Origin: Chrysochromulina tobinii
Taxonomy: Eukaryota
Length of the DNA stretch: 42,052 nt
NCBI GenBank assembly: GCA_001275005.1
Contig: JWZX01002826.1
Location: 1 to 42,052 of the forward strand
Direction: 5' to 3'
The notes below the pieces were generated by a model that was not told where the DNA came from, ran no database searches, and saw only the letters and a list, made by a program, of their open reading frames with translations. Shown piece by piece: positions 32,270-42,052 of this stretch. How positions within the stretch are numbered: the stretch's first letter is position 1; the number at the start of each line of letters is the position of its first letter. Made by a program: the position numbers and the translations under genes.

Positions 32270-33682
32270 ATGTACGCGGTTTTGCTAGCCGCCATCGGCT
32301 TCGCTCCTATACGATCGACATTCTTTCACGCCCAACCGCAGCTCTTTCTTCAGAGAGTGCAAGCGCAGCAGACATTCACCACCAGCCGCTCTGGGCGAGT
32401 GGCGTGCATGGAGACACACACGAAGGCCACCTTCTTCGAGAACGGCCTTCCAGATGAGCAGACGTTGCGCGCTGCGCTCGAGTCGGCCTTCACCGCGATT
32501 GACCGCGATGACAACGCGGAACTCGACTCCGAAGAGCTGGCCCGAGCGGGTTTCGACCCCGAGCTACTTCTAACTTGGCTGGATGTCAACCGCGACGGGA
32601 AGATCTCACGCGACGAGTTTGTTGAGAGCCTGTTGGAGCTGTACTCGGGCGACAGCGCGTCGTCGATGTGGAACCAGAAGGAGCTCCGGCGGCGAGTACA
32701 GCTGTACTCGGCCGACAGTGCGTCGTCGATGTGGAACCAGAAGGAGCTCCGGCGGCTCCATGAGCTGCTTTCCGGCGGCTCAGTTTGGGGCAGTCGCACC
32801 GTGCTCCGCGCCATCAACGCGCCTCGCTTTGAGCTCATCTCGCTGGTGGCTGTGCTCGTGACCGCTCTGTGCTACGCAGTGGGCACGCTCCCTGAGCTGG
32901 GCAACGAATCGCGCTTCTGGCTCAATAACGTCGAGGCCGACTTCACGGTGGTCTTCTTGGTCGAGTTCGTGCTGCGCTGGTGGAGCCGTTCGTTTTCATT
33001 GAAGTACCTGCTCAAGCCCACTAGTTTGATCGACCTCCTCTCCATCGTACCGACCTTGCTGGCCATCTTAGTGACCACCACGACAGTCGGGCCCATGTAC
33101 GATCCGATGCTGCTCGAGGGGTACGACGGCTTCGTGCTGCCCGACCTGCAGGATGACGGCTTCGCCTTTCTGCGACTCGCCCGTGTGCTCCGACTCCAGC
33201 GATACGTACAGGACATTCGCTCGTTCCGACGTTTCGAGGCAGCGCTGGGCTTCAACCCGCTCGACGTCCAGCCCTATCAACTCGAGGTGGCGCGTGTGGT
33301 GTCCTCAATCTTCACCCTGCTCTTCGTGTCGAGCGGGCTCATCTACAAGGTCGAGCACCTGCAGAACGAGAAATTGCCCGACTTTTTCACCGCGCTCTAT
33401 TTTGGGCTCACGACGCTCACCACCGTCGGCTTCGGCGACATCGTGCCTGTGACAGCCGAGGGGCGGCTCGTCGTGAGCGTCTCCATTCTTGCAGGCATCG
33501 CCATCATTCCCGTGCAACTCTCGAGCCTTGCAGAGGCCATCGTCAACCGAGGCAGCAGCGGCGCCACGGCAGGTGCCAAGCCGTTGCAGGGCACCGCGAG
33601 CTCCGCAACATGCGGGCTGTGTGGTGCGACCGGGCACAGCCCCAAGGCCAATTTCTGCTACAATTGCGCCGCGCCGCTGTAA
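32270..33682 (+). CDS. 6-TM voltage-gated-type K+ channel with N-terminal EF-hand pair and C-terminal zinc ribbon; possible plastid targeting
   Basis: Filter TTLTTVGFGD, S4 FLRLARVLRLQRY, EF loops DRDDNAELDSEEL and DVNRDGKISRDEF, C-terminal CGLCG...FCYNC; hydrophobic N-terminus followed by FAP. Confidence 0.9.
   Translation: MYAVLLAAIGFAPIRSTFFHAQPQLFLQRVQAQQTFTTSRSGRVACMETHTKATFFENGLPDEQTLRAALESAFTAIDRDDNAELDSEELARAGFDPELLLTWLDVNRDGKISRDEFVESLLELYSGDSASSMWNQKELRRRVQLYSADSASSMWNQKELRRLHELLSGGSVWGSRTVLRAINAPRFELISLVAVLVTALCYAVGTLPELGNESRFWLNNVEADFTVVFLVEFVLRWWSRSFSLKYLLKPTSLIDLLSIVPTLLAILVTTTTVGPMYDPMLLEGYDGFVLPDLQDDGFAFLRLARVLRLQRYVQDIRSFRRFEAALGFNPLDVQPYQLEVARVVSSIFTLLFVSSGLIYKVEHLQNEKLPDFFTALYFGLTTLTTVGFGDIVPVTAEGRLVVSVSILAGIAIIPVQLSSLAEAIVNRGSSGATAGAKPLQGTASSATCGLCGATGHSPKANFCYNCAAPL
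32638..32757 (+). repeat. In-frame tandem duplication with 63-bp period
   Basis: LYS(G/A)DSASSMWNQKELRR encoded twice. Confidence 0.9.
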
Positions 33683-33798
33683 CACGAGCAGTAGCCTACG
33701 ACAGTGCAGTTGACGAGAGAGAGAGCCGCGTGGGGCCCGGGGCCAAACTTTCCCATCGACATCCCGATCGGATCGACGCATATCCGATCTCGTGTTGA

Positions 33799-34743
33799 GT
33801 GAGGATATCGACGAAGTCACCTCCATCGGCCCTATGTCATTTGCCGCTGCAGGCCCCGCTATCGTCGCGTTTTGGCTCGCTTGTCAATGTGCTAGAACTG
33901 CACATCGCCGAGGCGCAAGCGAACCGAGCTGCCACGCCTGAGCACGGCAACTCCGATCACGGGCTCGACATCTCCTCTCGCCTCGTGTCCGAGTCGTGCC
34001 TTCTCGCGCTGCGCCAGCTAGCCGGGGTCACGTCGCCCAAGCTCGGCCCCGTGCTTCAGCGCATCGCGGACGCGCTCGAGCCATGCCTCTTCTCCCAGAC
34101 TCACCGCGATGCCATCGGCCACCGGCTCTCATACGAACAGGTTGCCAAGCTCGTGCTGCAGCCCCAGCTCGCGGACGCGGCCGAGCGCACCGAGGACGCC
34201 GAGGCCGCGCGTGTGCGCACGCTCGGGCAGCTCGATCTCGAAGAGGCGATGGCTATCAGCCTGCGGCGCAGCCTCGAAGAGCACAGGGTGGCGCTACGCA
34301 AGTTGCAGAGGCAGTACGAGGCGCTGCAGGTGAGGGCCGAGACCGACCAGCGCGAGGCGAAAGCCGAGCTGGACGCACAACTGGCCGCCTGCCAGCTCGA
34401 GCACCTCGCAGAGAGCGCTGCGCTCCACGCTGAGCTCGAGCGTCTGCGCGAGAGCCACGTGGACGTGAGCCGCGTGGACATCGAAGGCTCCGAGATGAAC
34501 AGCGAGATGAACTATGAGGGCGTTGATGCGAGCGCCGCGCTGGCCATGCGCCACTTCGGAGAGCTCGTCGTTGCGCAGGCGCAGGCGGACGCGGCGAAGG
34601 CCGATCTGCGCGCCTCGGCTGCGGGGCGCATCAGGGCCGTCATTGCGCTCGCGCGCTCCCTAAAGAAGGTTGAGAAGCTCGAGGCGGAGGTGCTCAGGCT
34701 GCGTGCCCGTGTGAGCCAGAGGAATTGTACAAAGACCGAGTAA
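33799..34743 (+). CDS. Coiled-coil hypothetical protein (5' end uncertain)
   Basis: 314-aa ORF with Leu/Glu/Ala heptads; no early in-frame ATG. Confidence 0.6.
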   Translation: MRISTKSPPSALCHLPLQAPLSSRFGSLVNVLELHIAEAQANRAATPEHGNSDHGLDISSRLVSESCLLALRQLAGVTSPKLGPVLQRIADALEPCLFSQTHRDAIGHRLSYEQVAKLVLQPQLADAAERTEDAEAARVRTLGQLDLEEAMAISLRRSLEEHRVALRKLQRQYEALQVRAETDQREAKAELDAQLAACQLEHLAESAALHAELERLRESHVDVSRVDIEGSEMNSEMNYEGVDASAALAMRHFGELVVAQAQADAAKADLRASAAGRIRAVIALARSLKKVEKLEAEVLRLRARVSQRNCTKTE

Positions 34744-34967
34744 CGCGAGTGTAATATGCGGTTCGTGTGCTGTGTGTACATACGGCTCGTTTTTCGTTGC
34801 ACCAAAGCTCTACGCGTTACGACGGCCTCACCGCCTCGAGTGAACCTCGAGTGCGCCGCCGAGCTGGTTCTTGCACAAAGCTGGGGCCCCACGCCCAAGA
34901 CCTGAGCGACGGCCAGAACAAGGCACGCTGGAATTGGAACACACTCTGGATGCATGCAATAAGCTCC

Positions 34968-35777
34968 TCATAGGTACGCGTGTGCGTGCGTGTCTGCACC
35001 ATTTCCACGACCGCGTGCGCCTCGTCGAGTGGGACTGTCGTCGGCTCGCTGCCTGTGCCCAGCAGCCAGCGTGGCGTACGGTGCCGTAGAGAAGATGATG
35101 CTGTGGTCCTCCCCAGCGTCGTCGGACGAGTCCGCCGCGTCAGAAGCGGCCTCGTCCTCTGAGTTCATCTCCATCTCTGATGAGCCTCCTGGAGGCTTCT
35201 GGTACCGTGACTGCTGGGACGTCTTGCGCCGACGAGCGGAGACAGCTGCGAGCGCCTTGTCGCGAATTTCGCGCCGCCGGCGATGCTCGAGGCATGAGCG
35301 CACCATTGCTCTTGAGGCGGCGCCGATCGCGACAAGGCTAGCCAGCGTGGCCACGGCGACGACAGTTGCTGAGCTGCTGTCGATGCCTCCGACGGGCACT
35401 CCTGGCGGAGGCAAAGTCGGAGGAGCATGCGGCCACGCTGCAAGCAGTGGCGGCACGGGGCAAGGAGACGGTGGCGGCCGCGGAGGCGGATAAGGCTTGG
35501 GTGGCAGCGGCGAAGGCCATGGCGGCGAAAAAGGGAGGATCGGTGGCGGTGGCGGCGGAGGTGGCGGCGGAGGTGGCAGTGGAGGTGGCGGGGGCGCCTG
35601 TGGAGGAGCAGGAGGTGTAGACGGTGGAGGCGGCGGAGGTGGAGGCGGTGGAGGCGGTGGTGGCGGAGGGTTCCCAGGCGGAGGGCTTCCAGGCGCCTTA
35701 AGGCTTAGCGGTATCGTGTTAAGCAACATGTCAATCTTGGTCACTGCTGAAGCGGGCGACGGGGGTGGGTGCTTCAT
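34968..35777 (-). CDS. Proline-rich single-pass membrane protein (5' end uncertain)
   Basis: Poly-Pro/SP tracts, then hydrophobic VVAVATLASLVAIGAA, basic juxtamembrane segment and acidic tail. Confidence 0.55.
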   Translation of the reverse strand: MKHPPPSPASAVTKIDMLLNTIPLSLKAPGSPPPGNPPPPPPPPPPPPPPPPSTPPAPPQAPPPPPLPPPPPPPPPPPPILPFSPPWPSPLPPKPYPPPRPPPSPCPVPPLLAAWPHAPPTLPPPGVPVGGIDSSSATVVAVATLASLVAIGAASRAMVRSCLEHRRRREIRDKALAAVSARRRKTSQQSRYQKPPGGSSEMEMNSEDEAASDAADSSDDAGEDHSIIFSTAPYATLAAGHRQRADDSPTRRGARGRGNGADTHAHAYL

Positions 35778-35929
35778 CGATCGCGAAGAATGTGAAAAGA
35801 AGACTTTTCGTCTTTTTCATATCGCCTTCAATTGCATGCATGACTACAAGCAAACGAGTTAGATTGTAGTGCCCCTGGTTACAAGAGTAGGTACTACAAC
35901 CCCGAAAGCCAGACCCCGAAAAGTCGAAA

Positions 35930-38746
35930 TCACTCTCCTGCAACCACACTCCCATCCGATCGGCTCGCATACTTGTCAAGAAGTTGTGCCCGCATGTTGA
36001 GCCGCTCGAACATGACGCGCGTGAGGCACATGGTCTTGAGCTTGCTCGTGGCCTTGACAGAGGCGTACCGCGTCTCCTTCCGGAGAAGCGCACGCGAGCC
36101 GAAGACGTCGCCACTCGCCATCTGCGCGAGCAGCACGTCGCCCTTGCCCTGTTCGGTGCGTATCGTCTCCGCCGTGCCCGAGATGATCACGTACAGAGCG
36201 TCCCCCTCCTCTCCTTGCTCAAAGACCCAGTCGGCCTCGTCGAATGTCACCTCAACCATGCAATCGCGCAGCTGGTCGAGCTCCTTGGGCGAGAGCTCGC
36301 TGAAGACCTCGGCCGAGGCGATCGAATGCATCAGGCGCGTCTCGACGATTCGAAGCGAATCCACTACGCTCTCGGCCGTTGCCCGCTGCCTGGGGAGCTT
36401 GGGCTCGGACGAGACCCGACTTTTGGCGCTGGCCACCTCGTCGGCGGACCAAGCTTGTTCGAAGTACTGGCCATCGATCTTGATGAAGCTGTCCACGGTG
36501 ATGTCCCTCAGAAAGAAAGCAAGTTCCTTCTTGCTGAACTCCGTCTTCGTACGCAGGGCCGCCTCGAGCGCCTTGCTGAAGATCTCAGTTCCTCTCCTTG
36601 GCCTCGTAGGGCCGACGTTCTTCCACTTTGCACCAAGAACAACGCCCTCGCCGCCGCCGCCGCCCTCGCCGCCGCCCTCGCCGCCGCCCTCGCCGCCGCC
36701 CTCGCCGCCGCCGCCGCCGTCCTCGCCGCCGCCAAACGAGACGAGGGTGGCTTTCTTGAGCTCGGCGCCGCGCGTGCGAACTTTGGCAAAGTTGGCGGCC
36801 TCGAGCTGGCTGATCTCGAGGTTGGGTGCACCGTCGCCCTCTCGTGACGTGTTGGCCTCGACGATGCGTGCAACGTAGTGCATCAAGTGATCCACACACC
36901 GAGCGATCGGTTGTCGCGGGCCGCTCGCCGTGGCGCGCTCGAGCGGCTGCTTACGCTGGTGCACGAAGCGGCGGAACTCGGTGGTTGCTTGCTCCTCGAG
37001 GGTGAGCAAGTACTGACCCCCGTCCGCCGCGTGCGCTTCTGCGATCTCTTCGTCCGTCGGCAGCGCAAGGATGGCAGCGAGTCGGACGATGGCCTCCAGA
37101 AAATCTTGGTAGCTCAGATTACGCAAGGCACGCTCGGAAGCATTCGAATAGTCGTCGCAGCACCGGATGCGCGACCAGAGGAAGATGAGACGCGCGTCGC
37201 ACTGCGTGAGCTGCTCGTTGGCGAAGAGTCCGAGGTGCTCCAGCAGAGCAAGCCACTCGGCCAACGAGAGCAGTGAGCGCGTGTCGAGTACGTTTGCACT
37301 CGCGCCTTCGTTCCCCTCCGCGTACTTGACGTACAGGGCGCGCAGCGAGGGCGCGTGCCGTCGAAGGACCAAGGAAGTCGACTTGATGTACAAGTAGCGC
37401 GCGCGGAACGCGTTCGTGTTGTGCATGCACTCGGGCGGCAGGTGGAGCTCGAGCGAGCGGAACAACTCCTCGAGCGCGTCGGACACGTCGGCGATGCGCC
37501 CGCTCCTCACGTACTTCTCGATAGCAATCCTAATGATCACCTCCATGAATTCGTGCCGGTTGAGTCGGCTGGGTCGGTTGTGCTTGTCGAGGTGCACGGT
37601 CGATTTCTCGGGCGCGTCGACCGTCAAAAAGATCAGCTCGATAAGGCGAGCGGGGAAGGCGGGAGAAATCAGTCGCCCATCCCTGCAAATGCACAGCAAG
37701 CTCGTCACACCGATGTCGAAGACTTCCGGCTCGTAGTCGCTGTTGCCCGACAGGTTCTTCACATTCCTCGCGTCTTTGCCTGCGTAGTAGTCCAGCACGC
37801 CGTACATGAAGCGCGCGTGGCTGAACAGCGTCTCTCTGACCTCCTCCACCTCATCAGTCAGCAGCTCGCCCTCTCTGTCCGCGCGTGCCCCTCGCATGCC
37901 TGCATCGTCACTGTTGATGATGAGCTTGAGCAGGCCGTGCCCTCGGCGCGCGAGCGACCAGTCGGCCTCGAACATGCGTCGAAGCGACTGCTGCGTCTCG
38001 TACAAATCGCCCGAGAGGGACGTCTCCTTGCGCGGCGCCCACAAGACTGAGTCCTCGACACGCCACGTTTTGGCCTTGCTGTTTGTGCGTCTGTCGCCCA
38101 CACTGCCGCCCAAGCGTGCCGCGCGGCCCGCCTCCGCTTCCGACATGGTCATTGGGAGCGGCTTCCTCCAGTCAGACGCGTGCCCCACATACGGGCCAAG
38201 CACCGGAAGTTCCACAAAGAAACGGTTGCGACGAACCTCGCCAATGCCGTCCTCGAACGCGTCGTTGAGCTTTTTGCTTTCGTGCTTGGGATTGGAGAGA
38301 CCTTGGAGCAGCTGGGCCACACGGCCTGCGCGCCGATGATGCCGCTTCTCAAAGTCGTGCGTAGCCTGCGAGACGTGCACAGGCAAGTCCTCACCCATGC
38401 CCACGTGCTCTATGTTTCCCACGCGGAAGCTCTTGACGGGGTTGAAGGGCTCCAGCTTCGAAGGGGGGATGGGTACGGAATTGTCAGCAACCTCTACGCG
38501 CGCGCGCGAGAAAAGGTCGAAGTCGGACGACTTGACCGCCTCCATGTACTTGAGCTGCTCACCAGTCGTCTCCTTGTACTTGTCTCTCATCCGCAAGAAG
38601 AGTGTATGGGGCGAGTCGCATCGATCGTTGATCAATCGCATCGAAGCATCTACGCTTATGGTGCTCATAGGGATCGAGGGCATGAGCGGAACGCTGGAGC
38701 TGTGAGGCGGCGAGCTGCGCTTCTTGAAGGATTCGGAGCCCATCAT
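35930..38746 (-). CDS. Large protein with degenerate EF-hand-like helical region and C-terminal cyclic-nucleotide-binding domain
   Basis: CNBD VFSELSPKEL...VFEQGEEGDALYVIISG...GDVFGSRALL...RYASVKAT; RLNRHEFMEVIIRIA and LSYQDFLEAIVRLA helical repeats; GGGE tract. Confidence 0.8.
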   Translation of the reverse strand: MMGSESFKKRSSPPHSSSVPLMPSIPMSTISVDASMRLINDRCDSPHTLFLRMRDKYKETTGEQLKYMEAVKSSDFDLFSRARVEVADNSVPIPPSKLEPFNPVKSFRVGNIEHVGMGEDLPVHVSQATHDFEKRHHRRAGRVAQLLQGLSNPKHESKKLNDAFEDGIGEVRRNRFFVELPVLGPYVGHASDWRKPLPMTMSEAEAGRAARLGGSVGDRRTNSKAKTWRVEDSVLWAPRKETSLSGDLYETQQSLRRMFEADWSLARRGHGLLKLIINSDDAGMRGARADREGELLTDEVEEVRETLFSHARFMYGVLDYYAGKDARNVKNLSGNSDYEPEVFDIGVTSLLCICRDGRLISPAFPARLIELIFLTVDAPEKSTVHLDKHNRPSRLNRHEFMEVIIRIAIEKYVRSGRIADVSDALEELFRSLELHLPPECMHNTNAFRARYLYIKSTSLVLRRHAPSLRALYVKYAEGNEGASANVLDTRSLLSLAEWLALLEHLGLFANEQLTQCDARLIFLWSRIRCCDDYSNASERALRNLSYQDFLEAIVRLAAILALPTDEEIAEAHAADGGQYLLTLEEQATTEFRRFVHQRKQPLERATASGPRQPIARCVDHLMHYVARIVEANTSREGDGAPNLEISQLEAANFAKVRTRGAELKKATLVSFGGGEDGGGGGEGGGEGGGEGGGEGGGGGEGVVLGAKWKNVGPTRPRRGTEIFSKALEAALRTKTEFSKKELAFFLRDITVDSFIKIDGQYFEQAWSADEVASAKSRVSSEPKLPRQRATAESVVDSLRIVETRLMHSIASAEVFSELSPKELDQLRDCMVEVTFDEADWVFEQGEEGDALYVIISGTAETIRTEQGKGDVLLAQMASGDVFGSRALLRKETRYASVKATSKLKTMCLTRVMFERLNMRAQLLDKYASRSDGSVVAGE

Positions 38747-39313
38747 TTTGACGGTAATGAAAACACAACTGCATAATTACTCCTAAAAGCAAAACTACGT
38801 CTTGAGGCTACACAGGCTCTTTTGCATGCAGGCTCATCTCTTCCGCTGTCGTTCTGTCGAGTCTCGTCTGTGCACGAGAGGCAAGCGGAGGGGGTCGCTC
38901 CGCTCGATTGCGACTCTCGGCGGCCGTCTGCGACTCCCTAAAGGACGGGACAGGCGCGAGGTTCTCGAGCGAGGGTATACATCATAACACCGAGGGGAGG
39001 TGAGTCAGTCGAGTGAGTCAGCTGTCAGGACCGGACCGAACGACCGATCTGGATCTCGGTCTCTGGGATCAGCATCTGGCATGAGTGTCATCGCTTAGTC
39101 ATCGATCGCGAGGCCGCGAGGGAGGGGAACGTGGCGGAAGAGACAAGACGAGAGTGAAGAGGCAGCGGTGATGGGCGGGGTGAGTCGTGGCGTGATATAG
39201 GTTATAGATAGAGCGACCATACGCAGCCCATACCGGTGCGTTCGGACGCTCATCTCACACACGACACGACAGCGCCACAGGGTTGGCCGTATCTCAGAGA
39301 CAGCTGCTCCGCG

Positions 39314-41995
39314 TCATGGCGCCTCCTCCTGCTCGTTGGCCTCCGCTGCTTCACCCTGTCGCTCGGCGCTCACAACGGCGCTCATGAGCGCTTGCATGCG
39401 CTCCACATCAGCGGCGGAGAGCGCCACGCGGTCGCGCGAGTAGTAGGGACTCATCACATCCGACGACGCGTCCGAGTGGCCGAGGCCGAGGCAGTGTCCG
39501 ATCGCGTGCAGCGCCACGGGCAGCAGGGCGAAATAGTGCTCCTCGCCCTTGAGGAAGCGCCTGTGGGGATGGCGAGATGCGCGGCCGTAGGGCGTCGTGT
39601 TGGGCGCCCCGACTCGGAGGAGCTCCCACTGCTCCATCTCGTCGAACGAGATCGCGTCGTGCCGGGCTCTGACCAGGCAGCCTCCGGGGCCGTCGAAGAC
39701 GAAGTTGTTGGCGGGGGAGAGGTCGACGAAACGGATGACGATGTCGGCGTCGGCGCTCGCGACGGCGCTCTCGTCGACGTGAACGAACGTGAGCCCCGAA
39801 GGGACCGCCCAAGCTGTGAAGGCAGCGGCCAGCTCGCCCACGACGTCGCTCACCTCGAGATAGGCGGGCACGCTCGCGCCGACGAGGCGCCATCGAACAG
39901 TGGCCCGATAGGGCGGCGGCGTGCCCGCCACCTCCGCCGGAGTCTCGACCGCATCATACAGAAGGCCGCTCGCTACGAGCGCACGCCGCGTCCGCGGCCC
40001 CACAATGCCGTCCGCCTCGTCGACGCCAACCAGGCCGGCTGCTAGCTGCACCGCCTGCACGGCTGCACGTGTCCGCGGACCGAAGACGCCGTCGACCTCG
40101 GGGGGGTCTGCCACGTGATCCGCCAGCAGCATCTGAAGCACCGCCACCGCCTCCGCCTCCGCCTGCGCCTGCGCCTGCACCTGTGCCTGCGCCTGCAACT
40201 CCGCGGCCGCGCCGCCCGCACCAGCCGCGGCACATTCCCTCAGCATGCCGAGGGAGGGGGGGAAGCGTGGCCCGCAGAGGACAGGCGCTGGTACAGCCGT
40301 CCCGTCGCGTTCCTCCAGCTGGCCGTTCGGGTGTTCGATGAGTACATGGAGCCGCGTGCTGCGCGCTGACAACCCATTACTCTCGAGGGCCGCCGTCACA
40401 TCGACCGTCACGTCGACTATGACGTCGTCCTCATCGTCCTCGTCGGCCTCCCCAACCGGCGCTCGGTACGGCGAGCCCGCACGCATCGGCCGCAGCAGCC
40501 GCGTTGGAAAGAAGACGACCCCAAACCCCGCGTAGCTGGGCGCGTCGAGCAGCCTTGTGCGCCAGCTGGGCGTCGTCGTGGTCACGTCCGTCGCGATGCC
40601 GAGGGCACCGCCGGCGCCGGCGGCACTGGTGGCACCTGCGCCGGCGGGCGGGCCTGTCCGCAGCGGTGAGATCCACGGCCTACCGGTACCCTCGACGCCG
40701 TACTGAGAGCTCACGAAGACGTGTAGCACGCACGGGCCATCGAGCAATCGCACATCGACCTTCTCAAAGAGCGCCACGTACGGCGGCGCGGCGCCCCGCG
40801 CCGCACCAGCCAGCGCCATCCCGGGCAGCGAGTCGTACGCAAAGCCGAGCGCATACCCTGGTCTGAACGCATCGCGCGCGTGGAACTGCGCGCCGGTGTG
40901 CGGGTTGACGAAGCTCAGGTACGGTCCGAAGGGGCCTGTGGGGAAACCCTTGGAGTGCAAAGCTAGCGCGTCCAATGGGTGCGTTGGGAGCGGCAGCGGC
41001 GAGCAGCCCCTCTCCATCTCGACTGCGGCGTCGGGGTGAAGCTCCAGGTACTTTGCAAAGAGTCGATCGAGGGTGGCGAGGTGCAGGGGAAAGAGGGGAT
41101 GGAATGCGCACTCACCCGAGGCCATCAGCCCTCCCGCGATCCCGAGTACCGTATGGTGCAGCTCCTCGAGCGACACGTGGCGCAGGCTGGCGCCGCTGTA
41201 GCGCGAGCACGCGTGCACTCGGTATAGGGGCGCGAGCAGACTCGCACACGCCCTCTCGGCCAAGCCGCTGCGCTCGAGAGCGCCGCGGATGTCGTCGTCG
41301 GAGAAGATCGAGCTGAGCCGATACCCGTGGGACGTCCCGACCGGCACGGCGCGATTCGGGAAGAAGGCGTTCTCAAGCTCAACAGCCATCAAGGCGTCGC
41401 GCACGACCGACGGCACGACCTCGCCGGCACGCGTGGGGTGTGTCCAGTCCCAATAGGGGAGTCCCAATGTGCCGTCGCCGCCGAGGGCGAGGTCGGCGCG
41501 GCGCAGCATGCGCTCACACTCGAGCAGGTATGCGCGATGCCACGGCGGGAAACTCACGCGCCGGTGCGTGCAGTGCTGCTCCACCTCGACCGACGAGCCA
41601 CTCACTGAGCCTCCAACTGAGCCTGTGGTCTTCGGCAGTCCCGCACGCAGTCCCGCATGCAGCGCAGCAAGCCGGTACGCTTGGGACGTGCCGGGCACGC
41701 CGGCCACATTCTCGCGTAGCTTGAGCATCGCCTGCACGAAGCGCTTGCGCTCCTCGGCCCCCAGCGTACGGCACTCTTTGCGGGTGACGATCACCCGCTC
41801 GTCCAGTGGAGCCTCGAACCACTTGCCAGCGTGCGGCAGCGACGTGAGCACAGCTGCGGCATGCGAGTGCGGCGGCGTGTCCGTCGCCTCCTTCCCACTC
41901 GGGATCTTGCCGAGCACTGGCGATGGGACGAGCCCGGCCGTAGGTCGAATCCAGCCGTGGGTGCCATCCAGCGGTCGAAGAGCCTTTCCACCCCT

Positions 41996-42052
<57 letters not shown>
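39314..42052 (-). CDS. Tyrosinase-like + peptidoglycan-binding + M10 (matrixin) metallopeptidase-like fusion, 5'-truncated by the window edge
   Basis: RKECRTL...RFVQAM, HCTH...FPPWHRAYL, GLPYWDW; PGBD VDGVFGPRTRAAV..VQ...DGIVGPRTRRAL; M10 ADIVIRF, FDGPGG, HAIGHCLGLGHS..DVMSPYY. The frame stays open through the terminal (CCG)n poly-Pro tract. Confidence 0.88.

Noticed and set aside
32638..32757. 63-bp duplication as a proto-intron
   Set aside because: No AG|GT or AG|GC in the unit for exact excision; it stays in frame.
41997..42052. (GGC)n tract as a non-coding satellite
   Set aside because: In frame as poly-Pro in the minus-strand fusion ORF, although it may also mark an assembly break.

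Overview
Gene-dense, very GC-rich eukaryotic DNA. A haptophyte alga (Chrysochromulina/Emiliania-like) is my inference from the GC-AG intron, low-complexity tracts and domain content. About 18 protein-coding genes, mostly intronless: a large low-complexity protein (cut by the left edge), a KCNH/CNG-like channel with a degenerate pore, a Trx-like 2Fe-2S/TPR protein, a C2H2-UIM-RING protein, two FkbM-type methyltransferase-like proteins, a NUDT1-glyoxalase fusion, a UIM-papain-like-UBA protein, an alpha/beta hydrolase, a secreted ankyrin protein, a caspase-family C14 peptidase, an ACBP-PX-C2-TM protein, bioF, an EF-hand K+ channel, a cNMP-binding protein and a tyrosinase-PGBD-matrixin fusion (cut by the right edge). 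The most striking pattern is in the four inferable introns. Three clearly begin with a copy of the start of the downstream exon (the fourth only weakly). All four are then filled with sense-oriented CTGAT(T/G)GC branch-point-like repeats ending in CAG, which suggests a distinctive intron-gain mechanism. Also notable: a candidate new deubiquitinase, a tandem Helitron-like element, a caspase gene between ~200 bp direct repeats, and a recurrent intergenic TACC(C/G)GGTA motif. All calls come from reading the sequence; no searches were run.
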